This document shows positions 36,101-48,900 of a stretch of 64,000 nt of DNA, in pieces; within the stretch, counting starts at the first letter, position 1, and each line of letters begins with the position of its first letter. Source of the stretch: Marsupella aquatica (lineage: Eukaryota; Plantae; Marchantiophyta); the NCBI GenBank assembly GCA_973895155.1, contig OZ316892.1:13084238-13148237 (forward strand), written 5' to 3'. The notes under the pieces were generated by a model. The model made no database searches and had not been told where the DNA came from. It saw nothing but the letters and a program-made list of their open reading frames with translations. A program made the position numbers and the translations under genes.

Positions 36101-38465
36101 TTGAGAATTGTTCTTCTCAGGCTGAGACCCAACTTTTCCCACGGAGCTCCTCTCAAGCACCTCTACACCCACAAATCTGTAGTGTTTGGTTCGGCAAGGG
36201 TTTTCTCGACCTGTTTTGTCTTTTACAGTAGAAATCATTCTGGGCTGTTTTGGTAGTGATGTTTCTTCAAAATCTCTTTGAAGATATCGGCACTCTCTTC
36301 CTGCCCGGAAAGATTGTCCTCCTGAAGTGATCCAAAGCTGACGGAAGTATCTCATGACAGTCCATCATGTCGTGCATTATTTGTTTTCATTAGCACATAT
36401 TTATACTATAGTCATGATTAGGGTTCTCTTGAACGCCTCAAAAATCAGGAAAGGTAACCTGTTCAAAACTGTCCAGTGCAAATGGAAATTCATATTGAAA
36501 TCAAAGCAATGAAACACACTCCTGGCAAATACAGTTGTTACAGAAAAAAGGGGCAAAAAAAAAAAACTAGAAAGTTGGCAAAGGTTGGATGGACTTGCTC
36601 AAAACATTGATGTCTTAGGTATTCCCTTCGGGGGTTAGACTAAAACACATCAATCTTTGTACTTTAGTGTCGTCCATTTATCAATAATTTGACGTCTAAA
36701 TAAAGGACGGATGATACTGTAAATTGGAACATCTTCAGTGACAATGTAATTAAAAGCTGTTGTATGGATAGAGGAGTACCACAGGAAAGTCAAAAACCCT
36801 TTGGCTACTATGGACAAAGGAAGGCCAAAGGAGCATAAGAAACACTTTACTCTAAAGTTTTGCATGGATTGTATGAATTGTTATATGGACTCTATTAAAT
36901 GGACTCTATGGACAGAGTCCCAAGGAACCATGAATAAAGTTTTCAATGAAGTTGAACCTATCCTAACTACCTTACAACCCACTACATTCAAAATATTCCA
37001 TTTAATCTTTGTCCTCTCATCTCCATATTCAAACTTATTCCAATATGCAACTATTCATCACTCTAACTTGTTGAATATCATTGAGCTCACACAACCAAGG
37101 GGTACTCTAGCTAATTATATACATAAAAGATAACTAACAAATCTTTAAGTACAGAGTAAAGTACTGTTTGCAAGGCATTGTGTGATACAATGGCTCAAAG
37201 GAACAAGTGTTAGCTTGAGTTTTGAGAGGCTATTATTGCCCTAACAAGACCTAGATACACTTAAAGGCCTAAGAAATTTTACTCATTTTATTGAGCTATT
37301 CCAAGTTTTGGGAGGCTATTACTACCCTTAATGCTTTTGTGACAGGGACGTAATTACACCTAAAGGCCTGTTAAATTTTCAGTTCTACTCATTTTAATCA
37401 AAGTAAGGAGAATTTTTCATATTGAGCTGATCCAAGTTTTGAGAGTCTATTATTGCCCTTAATGCTCTTGTAACAGGACCTAGATAGACTGAAAGGCCCA
37501 AGAGATTTTAATCGTACTCATTAGTCAAAGTAAGGGGAATTTTCATATGGAGCTGATCTAAATCTGCACCGTGCCTTCTTCTCCAAACAATGCCCCTGAA
37601 AATGACCAAACAGAAAATTTAGGAGGTGATGAAATGTAATGAGAAATTTACTCCAGCATTCAATGGAAAAAAGGCTTTCACACAAAGCAACCTCCTTCAA
37701 TCCATGGTGGAGTCAGTCAGTCAGTCAGCAGAGCTGCAGAGCGTGGCACGAATTGTCGAGAAACCTCCAAACACAAAAACAGAAAAGTTGTGGAATTGAT
37801 CATTTCACGACACAGAAACCCCGTCCCAGTTTCGATCGACCGACGCTGGAGGTCATGACCAGAGCGTGACACGAATGGTCGAGAAAGCAATCTCAGGTTC
37901 CCAGAACAGGTAGGAGCTCCGCAGGCAGGTCGGGCATTTGACGTTTCGCTCCCATGTTCCCTGTTTTGTTTGTCATTTGCCGTTGCTCGTTTGTAGCACA
38001 CTGTCGCTGGCTCTAAAGAATGGAATGAAATCAAGTTTAGACGGTCAGATCTCCCAATTGGGGCAAGGGACAAGGAGGTTCAAAGAGGTCTTGTGAATGG
38101 AATGAATTGAGTTTGAAATGGGTCAGATCTCCAATTGGGGCAAGGGACAAGGAGGTACAAAGCGACGTAAGGCCTGAAATCAGGAGGATGAAAAACTGAA
38201 GCTACGAAACCTAATGCGTGTAAGAGTGAGGGACAAAGACGTAGTCAGTGAGCTTGCTTTCACTGATTTTTGATCGGGGAGTGAGGATGTAAGGAGATTC
38301 CGACCGAAATTGAAAGTGGAAGGCAATGCTTATTGATTAATAGTTCTAGAGCAGATCCTGTTAAAGAAGGCCTGCGTGAGGAGGCCAGATCGGGTGTTTT
38401 GGCTTGACGGTTCTGACAGTCGGGAGGCAGCAGGAAGGAAGGCGGAAGGACGGAAGACACCAAAG

Positions 38466-41284
38466 ATGTCAACTGGATACACGAGCTTAGGGTCTGAGGC
38501 CGCGGTGACCGGATCTGTTCCGGTATGTTCAACTGGTTCTGTCGACCTGTCTGTTTTTAACTATCTTGTTTCATTCCTCAATGTGCGCATCTTTCTCTCG
38601 CCAACTCAGATCTGATCGGAGCAGTGGACGGGGACATTTAATGTTTCCATTGGGTCTGTGGGTTGTGAAAGTGCATCCTATATTCTTCGTTCACGTTTCT
38701 TTACTCCCTTTGATGGAATTTGTATCTAAACAGAAGCACAGCTTACGAGTGTGGAATTCGATCTTATTATTATCTTGGTCGGACACCTACGGGAGCAGTA
38801 TACTAATGGGTGATCCTGGCAGTTCCCGAATACTCTGTCGAGAAAATAGGGCTCGGCATACAATATGTCTTGTCAATGCATTTAAAATTTTGTACATGTT
38901 GAAAACCGAACAGCGAGCTTCAAATTTTAATCACGGCCGAAATCAATTGTGTTCGGTTTTACTACAGCTCAGAGCCTTTTAGATCTGATTCGTACTTGTT
39001 CACCGGTTGTCTTCGGTGACGTGGCTTCCTTCTGCGGAGTGCGCGTTCGGACGTCTGTCGGTTTCTTTCAAACTTCTGCTTCGCCAAAGCTTCCCTGATG
39101 GCCCACGCGAGCTACCGTGAGAAAGCACTGGAACTAATTGCGTCTCTACTTTCCATGGAATGTGCAGGTTGCAGCTGGCCCCTCACATGTTTTGCAATTT
39201 CAAGGTATTTTTCTGTCCCGTCCAATTTGAGTTTCATCTCATCTGCGATGTCATTGCTGAAACGCCGTATCTTTCTTGAAATGCATCTCTTCCTAGTTCT
39301 CGTAGTTTCTCTTCTTCGTTATATGTCTGTCATCTTGAATGTGCGAACGCATGTGCTCAATTCTGAGCCTTTCCAGAGTTACTGGAACTCATCTTTGTTT
39401 TTCCCTGGAGCAGCTGCACGCTATGTGCAGGCATTTAGCTGAAAGCTTTATAGATCCGTTGTAAAACAGACCTGTGAAGCTGTTTAAGCTTTTTTTTTCC
39501 GTGGTCTTCTTAGTTCATATGTAATAGCTCATTTCTCAGAGTTGGTACATGTTCTTTTGCTAAAATGTGACTGATACTAATCATTTGTTAGGTTTATAGT
39601 TGGCTTATAGACATACAATAGTCGGATCTAAACACATGAGAGCAAAGCAACAGCATCAGTTGATAACCATAAAATTATTGTAGAATCCAATTTACAGACA
39701 TTCCCCCCCAGTGACGCTCGAGGGAAACTCACAGGTTCATTTCAGCCTCCTCGTGATGCCGACGGTATGCAATCTATGACCCATTGTTACGCTAACTTGA
39801 GAACGCCTTTCCCTTCTAAATTAGTATTTGTCTCAAGCAAAGTAGCTATGCCCTTATGCTCATCGTGCCTTGGCATTCCTTGATTAGAGTTGTGAACTTT
39901 TCATATTCTGTTTTGCACCCTCTGGTGGAGAGCAAGTAGCTTGAGTCCTCTCCTTGATTTGTCTCGGGACAATTGAAGGTCGTATTGAGGTTGAATTTCT
40001 TTCTTACTGGTGGGAAACCTATTTTGATGTGTCAGACACGTTCTCAAAGCCGGCACCTGGAGCAGCAGGGAGTGCAGCGGCGCCGGCATCTGGCTTCGTG
40101 GCCTTCTTCAGTGTACATGCATATCGACCATATTTCAACGTGGACACATCAGATGTGGTGCAAAGAATCTTTGATTCGGTTTTTCCTTTCAGAGGGGACT
40201 TCGTGGAGAAAACAAGCCACAACCCTGACATGTCAGTTCCCTAACCCCCGGCCCCCTTGTCTGATTCTTTTATAAATGGTGGGATCCAGATTGTTAGTAT
40301 GTGAAGTCGTACTGAGGGGTGGATGAGCAATGTCTTGTGAAGATACTTGACTTATTAGTCAGTGTTGTTGCCTTCTCAACACCTATTGTTGTAACAGCCA
40401 AGGATTGCTGCAAAATGCTTGCTGTGAATAGGACTGTTGATAGCTCTGTTCAGATGCATGTAAGCCATGCGCTGTGTAACGGAGTGATCAATAGAAGGCG
40501 GAGGAGAAATTATGGAAATGGTTGTATTGTTCCAATTTGACGAGAGCCTTGGAGTGTTTGTTCTGTAGGTATGGGCCTTTTTGGATCTGCTCAACCTTGG
40601 TCTTTTTGACAGCAGCTCTAGGCAATTTGGCAGCCTATCTGGCACACAAGACGAGTGCAGGTGGCAGTGCTTGGCACTACGATATCAATACAGTGACATG
40701 GTCAGCAGGCTTATTCTATGGTTATGTTGGAATTGTACCCTTGGCACTGTATTTCCTGCTTAAGTACTTGGGTGTTACCTCAGGGCTTGTGCAGCTTTGG
40801 TGCTTATATGGCTACTCTCTCTTTGTCTTCATTCCAGCCTCAGTAAGTTTTGAATAACCCTCACCAAATGCTGCATTATTCTAGCTGAGGCTCTCAAAGA
40901 GATGTTATTGTTTTGTTGCCCTGGAATTCTGTAATTTGCGCTCATAGGAAATTTTGTGGCTGTAACGCAGCGTTGACAGTGTACTGTCCGGGTCAAACCT
41001 CGTTCTCCTCTTTTCATGCAAATATCTATCTGCGCTGATACATGTGCATGCTTGTCCAGTTCTTTTCTGCAGTGCCAGTCGAAATTGTCCGCTGGGGTGC
41101 AGTGGGTACTGCAGGAGTGATGTCAGCAGCGTTTTTATCTCTGAACATTCGATCTCACATTAAAACCGCAAGTGAAAGGTGGTTTCTGATTGTGGTTGGG
41201 TCTGCAGTTGTACAATTAGGCTTGGCTTTAGTTGTGAAGTTGTATTTTTTCACCTTCTTTTATCAGGACAAATTACCCGGCTAA
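38466..41284 (+). CDS. Yip1-domain Golgi membrane protein (YIPF1/YIPF2-like), 6 exons
   Basis: Exons 38466-38522 (MSTGYTSLGSEAAVTGSVP), 39168-39204, 39684-39763 (ESNLQTFPP..PPRDAD), 40036-40231 (YRPYFNVDTSDV), 40569-40842 (DMYGPFWICSTLVF..LYGYSLFVFIP), 41060-41284. Confidence 0.92.
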
Positions 41285-42449
41285 GATGTCCCTGCTCAGA
41301 GTGGGCAACCGTGTGCATTTTATCCTTCGGAACGAGGGCCTCATTATGATTTCTTGCTGTCCTAGCTTTGTATTTTTACGAAGTAGGATTTGCAGAGAAA
41401 TAGTGCACCTTACATGGTGTCTTGTAAACAACTGATTGGGATTGGGGTCAGGCCAATTACTAGAGAATTCTTCTGCAGTTCAGCTCAATAAATCTGGAAC
41501 CTAGATTACGAGGCTAGTTCAAAAAGTCTTCATAATAGAGGAGGTCTATTCTCTGAGTTCAAAAAGTCTTGATAGTACAGAAGGTCTATTCGTTGTCTGA
41601 TGTGGTGATATTCTGAGCTGCATTTGCAATTAAACTGCTCTTTCACTGTTTATTAGTCAAAACCGTCGTCACCCCAAGCTACGTTGTATTTTAGGGCTAC
41701 CTGAACCACAAATGAATGTCTTTATTGAGGAACCGGTCCAAATGGCATGGATAGGATGGTGACAGAAAACTCTTGTTAACATCTACAGTGGTTGTTCCTG
41801 GCCATAAATGATTGTGTCTATCGAAGGTAGTGAGTTCGGACGCCAGACTTGGAATTTCTTCTTGAAAATACTTGCTTACGTAGGTTGGTTTGGTAGATTG
41901 TTAGCGAGGTACTATGTTATCCTGGTGGCGACTGCTTGTTCTACGTTGGGTGAGAGCTTGATTATTCTTTTGTTCCATCTTTTGCCTTGTGCTGTCATCG
42001 GGAAGGCAGTCCTTGACGTCTGAGAAGGCTGCCTTGTGCTTCTTACCCAGTTGTGTTGGTCGTGGTCGGGCAACATCAGCCCTTTTCCATAATTTGTGCT
42101 TCAGACATTCATGGGAGCAAATTTCTTTACTCTCGAACCGGAGCAGTCTTCTTCTGGCCATGCTGTCGATTCCACTGTAATAAAGAGGCCTGTCATTCTT
42201 GATCGCTGCTAACAGACTAATCGGAACACGGGTGTACGGACACGTCTATGAGATCAAATTCCTTTAGGAGGGCACCAATTGATAGATTTTATAAGTCGTG
42301 CTCATGAAGCGACCCAAGTTGGAGAGACCTGTTCAAAAGATTTCTGTCCTTGAAACACTCAAAAGGATGATATGGCTTGCCACGGAATCGGGCATGTGAG
42401 TGCTTAACGCAGATCTGCATGCAGCGATTGTCTTGTTCCGTCCCCTCTT

Positions 42450-42640
42450 CAACTCAGCCTACTGTAAAGGGATCGATGCTGGCTGAAAAGGAGATCTAGT
42501 CTAGATCAGTCTCTTGGTAGGACTGTTTAGGTAGCCGCAAGGGACAACTCAGCCTACTCTAAAGGAATCGATGCCTGGCTGAAAAGGAGATCTAGTCTAG
42601 ATCAGTCTCTTGATAGTACTGTTTAAGTAACCGCAAGGGA
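42450..42640. repeat. Tandem duplication, ~96 bp x2
   Basis: AACTCAGCCTACT.TAAAGG.ATCGATGC(C)TGGCTGAAAAGGAGATCTAGTCTAGATCAGTCTCTTG...CCGCAAGGGACA occurs twice. Confidence 0.9.
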
Positions 42641-44069
42641 CAGGGATACTGCTACACTCATTCTCCCTCACAGTCCACGCGAGCCATCTATCACCTTCAT
42701 TGCAAATAAAAGATGCAATCACCATCACGCATGGCTGAGTTTGCAAGGAAATTTGCTGGAAGGAATGCCCTGGGCCATTTCCAATCATTGTACGACTCGA
42801 AGTGAACATCCAACACAAATTTGTTCAACACCCCTTATACGCGTTCATCAACAAATTATGAAGTGACAATATTGCTATCGGGTGTTAGTTCTTTAAAATC
42901 GATCTTCAGCCCATCCCAAATTTTTAGTTCTTTAAAATCGATCTTCAGCCCATCCCAAATTTTTCATAACCCCTAGTACAATTCCATCACCAGGGTTTTA
43001 TTGCCAGTCAACAGGGTGACATGAAAGTAACCCATGGCATCATTCGCAACCCTGTGATCACAGACAGCTCCAGCAAAGGAAAAAATGTGGACCGTGGAGT
43101 GCATGGCCTCCACTGCTAGCTCCTGCCAAGACCAAAGTAAGGTGTGCATGGCCTCCATTGTTGCACTGCGACTTTGAACCAGCCTTGCTGTTTTGTATGC
43201 GTTCGCACATTATTTCCCTCAAGAAACGTCCTTGCCCATGCTGTGCTCATCTTCGCTGGTTGGAGGAGGAAGGACTCTGGGTCTTGGCATTCGAAGTCTT
43301 GATTTCGTCTGTGTTTGAGATCAAGGGGCAGGGCAAATTTTTCCACATCACGAGCAGGTAGTAAGCAGGTTCTTCTTGTCGTTTGCCTCAATCTTATTCT
43401 CCGTAGGTTATTCACAAACCTTCAAAGGTGCTGTGAGTGACTTCGCAGTTCGGAAGGTCACAGACAATTGCAAAATAAACGACATTTCTTGCGTTGGCAG
43501 GAGGGTCCATGGCTACATTGCTGGACCGGTACACAAGCAAGATATCTAGAGACTGCACTCTCTGAACTCCCATCAAATTGTATGGACTGCCATCATCAAC
43601 AACACAAATTAATGGGTCGGGAGCCCATGCCATGTTGTGGCACCAGTTGCTTCCATCCCTCCACGCTATGGCTACAATCTCCTGAGTTCAAGATGAGGGT
43701 CTGCATTGATTACAGTGAAGTTGAACAACGAGGACCATACGTGGTACAGATGATATCATGAAAATAGGGGCTGTTCCATCTTGCTTTCGGTACAGGAGGT
43801 ATACTGAACCATTCCAATGATTTTGCCCCAATCCTGATTGTCACGTATGTTAAACCCCCCAATGAGCCATTCTTGTAAAATTTATGAGGATGGCTTTTGC
43901 TACGCTTTTGACTTTCGACACCGAGGCAAGTTGTAGCTTAGACTTCTCTTGTTTCAGGAGCATTACTTTCTACAACCAGGCAAATTGTAGCTTCTCTTGT
44001 TTCAGGAGCAGTACTCCCAAGATAGTTGTGTACTTTTCAGTCGTTACAAAACTGACCTACACTTCCTAG

Positions 44070-44481
44070 TTGAGGGGGAGTGTAGGACCAATTGGGGATT
44101 GCGGAGGGTGAAGTAGGAGGCCATTTCTTTGTAGTAGTAGGTGTATTAATAATTGTAGTTTCGTACCATCAAGATTTGTAGGTTGGCCCGGAAACTTTCA
44201 TGCAAGCCTCTTCGTCTGCAGTCTGTAATAGTATAAGTTGGCACGAAAACTTTCATGTAGCATACTCCTCCCAGTTCATTTGGAGCCTGGCAAATTGGCG
44301 AGATACAGCAGGCGAGTGTTTAGATGATTAGTGATAAGAATTGTGAGCGATTGATACTATGGGGTTTTAGGGCCTCAAACTATCTAGCCAGGGTCTTCGG
44401 TTTGAAGAGACATTTTCCCCTCGAACGTTTCTTCCATTTCTTATTTACTCCGTAGATTGGCTTCTGAAATGCTCGTCTACA
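44070..44481 (+). mobile_element. Ty1/copia-type polypurine tract plus 3' LTR remnant
   Basis: TTGAGGGGGAG (typical copia PPT) is immediately followed by TGTAG; about 400 bp later the segment ends CTACA (TG..CA with 5-bp inverted termini). No matching 5' LTR or pol ORF seen. Confidence 0.6.
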
Positions 44482-45904
44482 TTACTCACTGTGGGCTTTC
44501 AAGTTATGCTCTGATCTTTCCCACAAGACACCAACTGCAATAAAAACTAGAATAAAACGAACCCCATAACTGAAACTGCAGTCCCCGTGATGCAGTCTAC
44601 AGGTACAGACGATACAATACATAGGCATTCCTGGTGTAATCCAAATTTGAGACACTCTCCCTCCGTATCATAAATTAGTCTTGCAACCTACGGTGGCAAC
44701 TGTACAGAACCCTGTGGAATCATTCCAATCAATGTAAAGAAATTCTGTGTTAAAAACTATCCACTGCTACGACACTGAATGAAAGACTAGAAGGCAATGA
44801 CGAAGACAAAATCACGTAGAAAACTAATTATTATTTTTCTTGAACGGAAACGAGGAAGAACTATTAGTAGACTCCCCCCACCCCAATACTGAAATACATC
44901 ATAGTAGGGAACCCATTTCAGAGTGAGGCCCCCTAATCCAGTACCCAACTTTTGAAAGATGAAAGCACGTGCATACAATAGTCTGGAGAATTGATGGCTG
45001 TCACTACTTAACATCAGACAAGCAAGGGTCAATTGTAATTATATTTTGATATTGAATGTTTAAAGCTGAGGTTTACGATACAACAGTGCAGGGCAAGCTT
45101 CTCTTCCGCGCATCACCATATTGCAACAAATGAATTGATAAGAGGTCAAATCTAATGTCACCCTTGCCCTAGCCAGCAAAAATTTTGCTTGATACAACCT
45201 GGCTACAACATCTTCTAGTCACCTACAGTTTATCTTATGATTGGCCTGCTGAAGGTTCTCCAGAGCCTCCACTTGTATTATGAGTATGGTAGAGGGTAGA
45301 ACGTCTACGGCTCACCAGCCCTTGCTAACAACGGCCAGCAAGCCCTAACCTACCTAAGCTTGGAATGACTGACCTAACATGTATAAGAAGTCCACTTTTT
45401 CAGGTTGCCTCTTCAGTGCTGCCACTTGAAGACAACTACAATGTGGCCAGAGTAAACGGACCAACAAGACCAGCTCCCGACTACCCCCTTTTGTTGACTT
45501 GTTCTCTTCTACTTGGCCTATTACTGAAACTACACAGGATCAATGCTGGCCAAAGGCCACTCCTACAACCCAGTCCCTGTTTTCCCCTTGGAGATAATCA
45601 ATTATGCTCGATATACAGATCCAAAGCCCGTACTGCTTTGAGTGATGTGGCCTACAGGCCCGCCAAAAATACAGTGCAGTTTGCCATATTCCTCCTCCTA
45701 ACCATACATCTTTGTTTTGTACACTGTCCCTACTGAATGGAATTGATGGCAGAGACTCCATAATATATAGAACACATGACAGGAGACCGTCATAACCATC
45801 ATCTCCAGAAAAAGTACAAGAGTGAAATATACTCTACTTATCTGCCAGTATCCTCCAATGCTGACGAAGCGAGTTCATTGAGATGTTGAAAGAATACGTC
45901 ATTA

Positions 45905-48900
45905 CTACTTCTTGAGATTGGTGCGAGAAAGAATTCGCTTTCCATATGGACTACTCCGCAAAACTGAAAGATGAGGACGAATTGCTTCAACCAGTCCAGC
46001 GTGCAATGAGCCCTGCTATGACAAACAACAAACCGAACATGAGGCTTCTGCAATTGAGTCAGAGTGCACAAGTGAAAAAATTACAGATTTGTTACCAGTT
46101 TATAGGATCATAAAAGGCGGCTTCATCCGTTCACTGTCACAGACACATTTTTCACCCAACTTTTAGCTATGAGCATTTTTGTTCAAGACATCGATATAAG
46201 AAAAGGGTCGAGGGAAGTTCCAAAGAACACTAGCCTTGGCAACAGTGAGAGCAGACTGGACCACATAGTTAGCATACGGATCCTGTAACATCTGCCCAAG
46301 GCGAGGGCTTCCCATGAGCTCTCTCACAATGCGTCCTCGGTTCTCGTCAGTGGCTAGCTTAAGGCACTTTTCCACCACATTGCTTGAAAACTTTTGCATG
46401 GCCAAATATGGGTAGTGGTTCTCCAACCGAACCATCACCTCAACTGACGCCCATGTCATGCCCAAATCCAGAACATACTGTACGACGTAATTCCTGCCAT
46501 ATAAACGGGATATCCACTAGGTCAGGTGACACCAATTTCTTACAACATACACTCACAAACAACCCGAAACTGACGCTTGCCCTTCACGTAGAAGGAAAGC
46601 ACTGCCCTGCGCTACGTCAGTACAGGATAAAAACTGTTCTACCATGACGGCTTCAACATATCAAAAGAAACGCGTAAGATTTGATGGACTAAATTTGCTG
46701 CAGTACAACTCCCCCTACAAAACAAGTTCAAGAACTCCTTCTATCTTGTATGGAAAAGAAAATACCCAAAAGGATCCTGAGAAAGAACTAGAGCATTTGC
46801 TGCAATTTCTGCCACCAAACAATGCCGCTGTGATCCCGATGCAAAATCAACACATCGCTGGAGCACACAACACCCATGTCGGTGCGTGGCAATCTCGACA
46901 CAATGAACTGCCGCAGCATCAAAAATAAACTGCAAAGATATTTATGCCCACCACTGATTAGATACTACGAAACTAGGCAATCGACCACTGTGAAAGAATT
47001 CCGTCGCATTCTAGACCAGATCATTCTAAGTAACCAGTTAACCTTAAAGAATTCGTCACGACTCTCTTTCATGGGCCGACCATGTTCTAAACATTGCCAA
47101 ATACGCCAAATCAAAAGGGTTACCTGGGAGTCCTCGGTACTTAGGCGTTGCAAACAGCGCTGGACTACATGGTTCCCATTCAAATCTTTGATCAGTGTAA
47201 CCACACCTTGCTTGAGAGCGGCAATAACCATGTTCACTTGTTCTGGAGACTTCAGAGTCTCAATTAACTTCTGCACCGCTCGTGTTCTGTGCAAATCCAA
47301 AACGATTCATAAGACGTCAGCACCTTTCTAGGACCAGAAGCAAAACTAGTCAAATCAATCACCGATCTACCACAAGTTGGGAGAGGAGAAAGCTAGTCGT
47401 TCTTCAGAATGACAAACGGAGCAACTGCGAGAAGTTATCAGACCTACCCGTGCATGTTCAAGGATATAGTTACAAGCTCCCCCTTTCCTGTCACAACGTG
47501 CAAGATTTCCATTCTTTGAGCTTCATCGCACACTTCCAGCAATTTTTGAACAAGATAGTTGCCGAAAGGATCCGTCATAAGCTCGATGATATGGTCTATA
47601 ATCTCGTTAAAGATCTTTTGTACATCTTCCGGGCCCCCTTCGTCAAACTTGCGCTGCAAGAAGCGACACCCATGTTGATCCTTTGCAATGGAGAATATCT
47701 TCCCCTCGACCTCCTCCAAGGTGTTGTATTTGGGCTGCTGGTTTGGAGGAGATAGATGTTGACCGCCGACGCTTGGATGCGGCGTGCCGTTGAACTCCAG
47801 CGCTTCTTCAAGAAGGTTGTGGCTTTGTAAATCGCTGTGAAAACCTACTGGTGGAATATGATGGTTTCCATTGGCATAGATATGCCCGTTCGTGGATGCT
47901 GAGTTTCCATTGGGAACACTTTCCAATTTCCTTCGGTGCACAGGATTAGTAGCGGGGATGGCAGGACCCGTGGCGGATCTAGAAGAAATTCTCGACCTCG
48001 GGAAAACCTTGTCTGCAAGAAGCCGCTCATCACGACTTGTCTCCTTAAAGTTAGAACCGGACGTGCCTCTCCCTGAACCAAAAACGTCAACCGCAGTGTG
48101 AATGAAAGGACAGGCATCTCCACGGCTGCAATAACCTTGGGCATAGTATCGGCATATGCTATTAACTACGGAGTTTCGACTTGCGTCACCATTGCTCTGA
48201 TTAGCGAACCCCTCGCGCACATTCCACAACTGCTCATGACTTCTAGAGTTCTTGAGATGATTGGCAACCACCCCGGCTGCCTGATGCAGCGATGCTTGAC
48301 GGGCAGAAGCTCCTGTTGGGGAATGGCCCCTAGATGAAGGATGAGAATTCGATCCGCTTGCCACAACCCCGTTAGCATGCGCCTGCAGAGAGGCGTAAAA
48401 CCTCATTTGCTGCTGTTGGTGCTGTATCTGCTGCTGTAGGTTGTAGTGCCTCTCTCTTGCCCTCTGCTCAGCCTCGAGTTGAAACTGAATACGGTGTGCT
48501 TGCTGCTGCAAAGCCCGGGCAGAAGCGGCATTATAGTCTATACCACTGTTCACATACGGGTCACTCCCGCTCATAGCTGGGGACGAAGTTCCTGGATGGA
48601 TGATCCTTGCTGCTGCCATGGCAGCGGCATAAGCGGATTCAAATTGTTGTTGCTGATGGGCCGCATGGGCAGCATTCGAGCTGGTCCCAAGTCCATCCAT
48701 CATCCCTCCTTTACTCGGCCTTGTTGAGGAAGAATACACCTGATTTTCCATCCCAGTCGGAGATGGACGCCTCAGATACTTTTCAAAAACCTGCGCAGCT
48801 TGACCATCGAACCCTTCCAAGGTACCGTAAGACCCACTATTACTCGCACCCTCCATCGTCACAGAGCCAGCATTCTTCTGCGAGAATAGCTCCATGTTCA

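Larger units (their letters stand above)
33935..37575. mobile_element. Putative Pack-type (gene-fragment-carrying) element bounded by diverged inverted repeats
   Basis: The reverse complement of 33935-34225 (e.g. GAGTTTTGAGGGTCTGTTATTGCCCATAATCC..GATACACTTAAAG..AAAGCAAAGGAGAAGTTTCATA..ATCCAAATTTGGAC) aligns to 37205-37575 (GTTTTGAGAGTCTATTATTGCCCTTAATGC..GATACACTTAAAGG..AAAGTAAGGAGAATTTTTCATA..ATCTAAATCTGCAC). The interior holds two unrelated broken gene pieces. No TSD identified. Confidence 0.45.

Noticed and set aside
44500-45900. Pumilio response elements (UGUAHAUA) for autoregulation in the PUM 3' region
   Set aside because: Only imperfect matches (e.g. TGTATATC near 45610) were found by eye.
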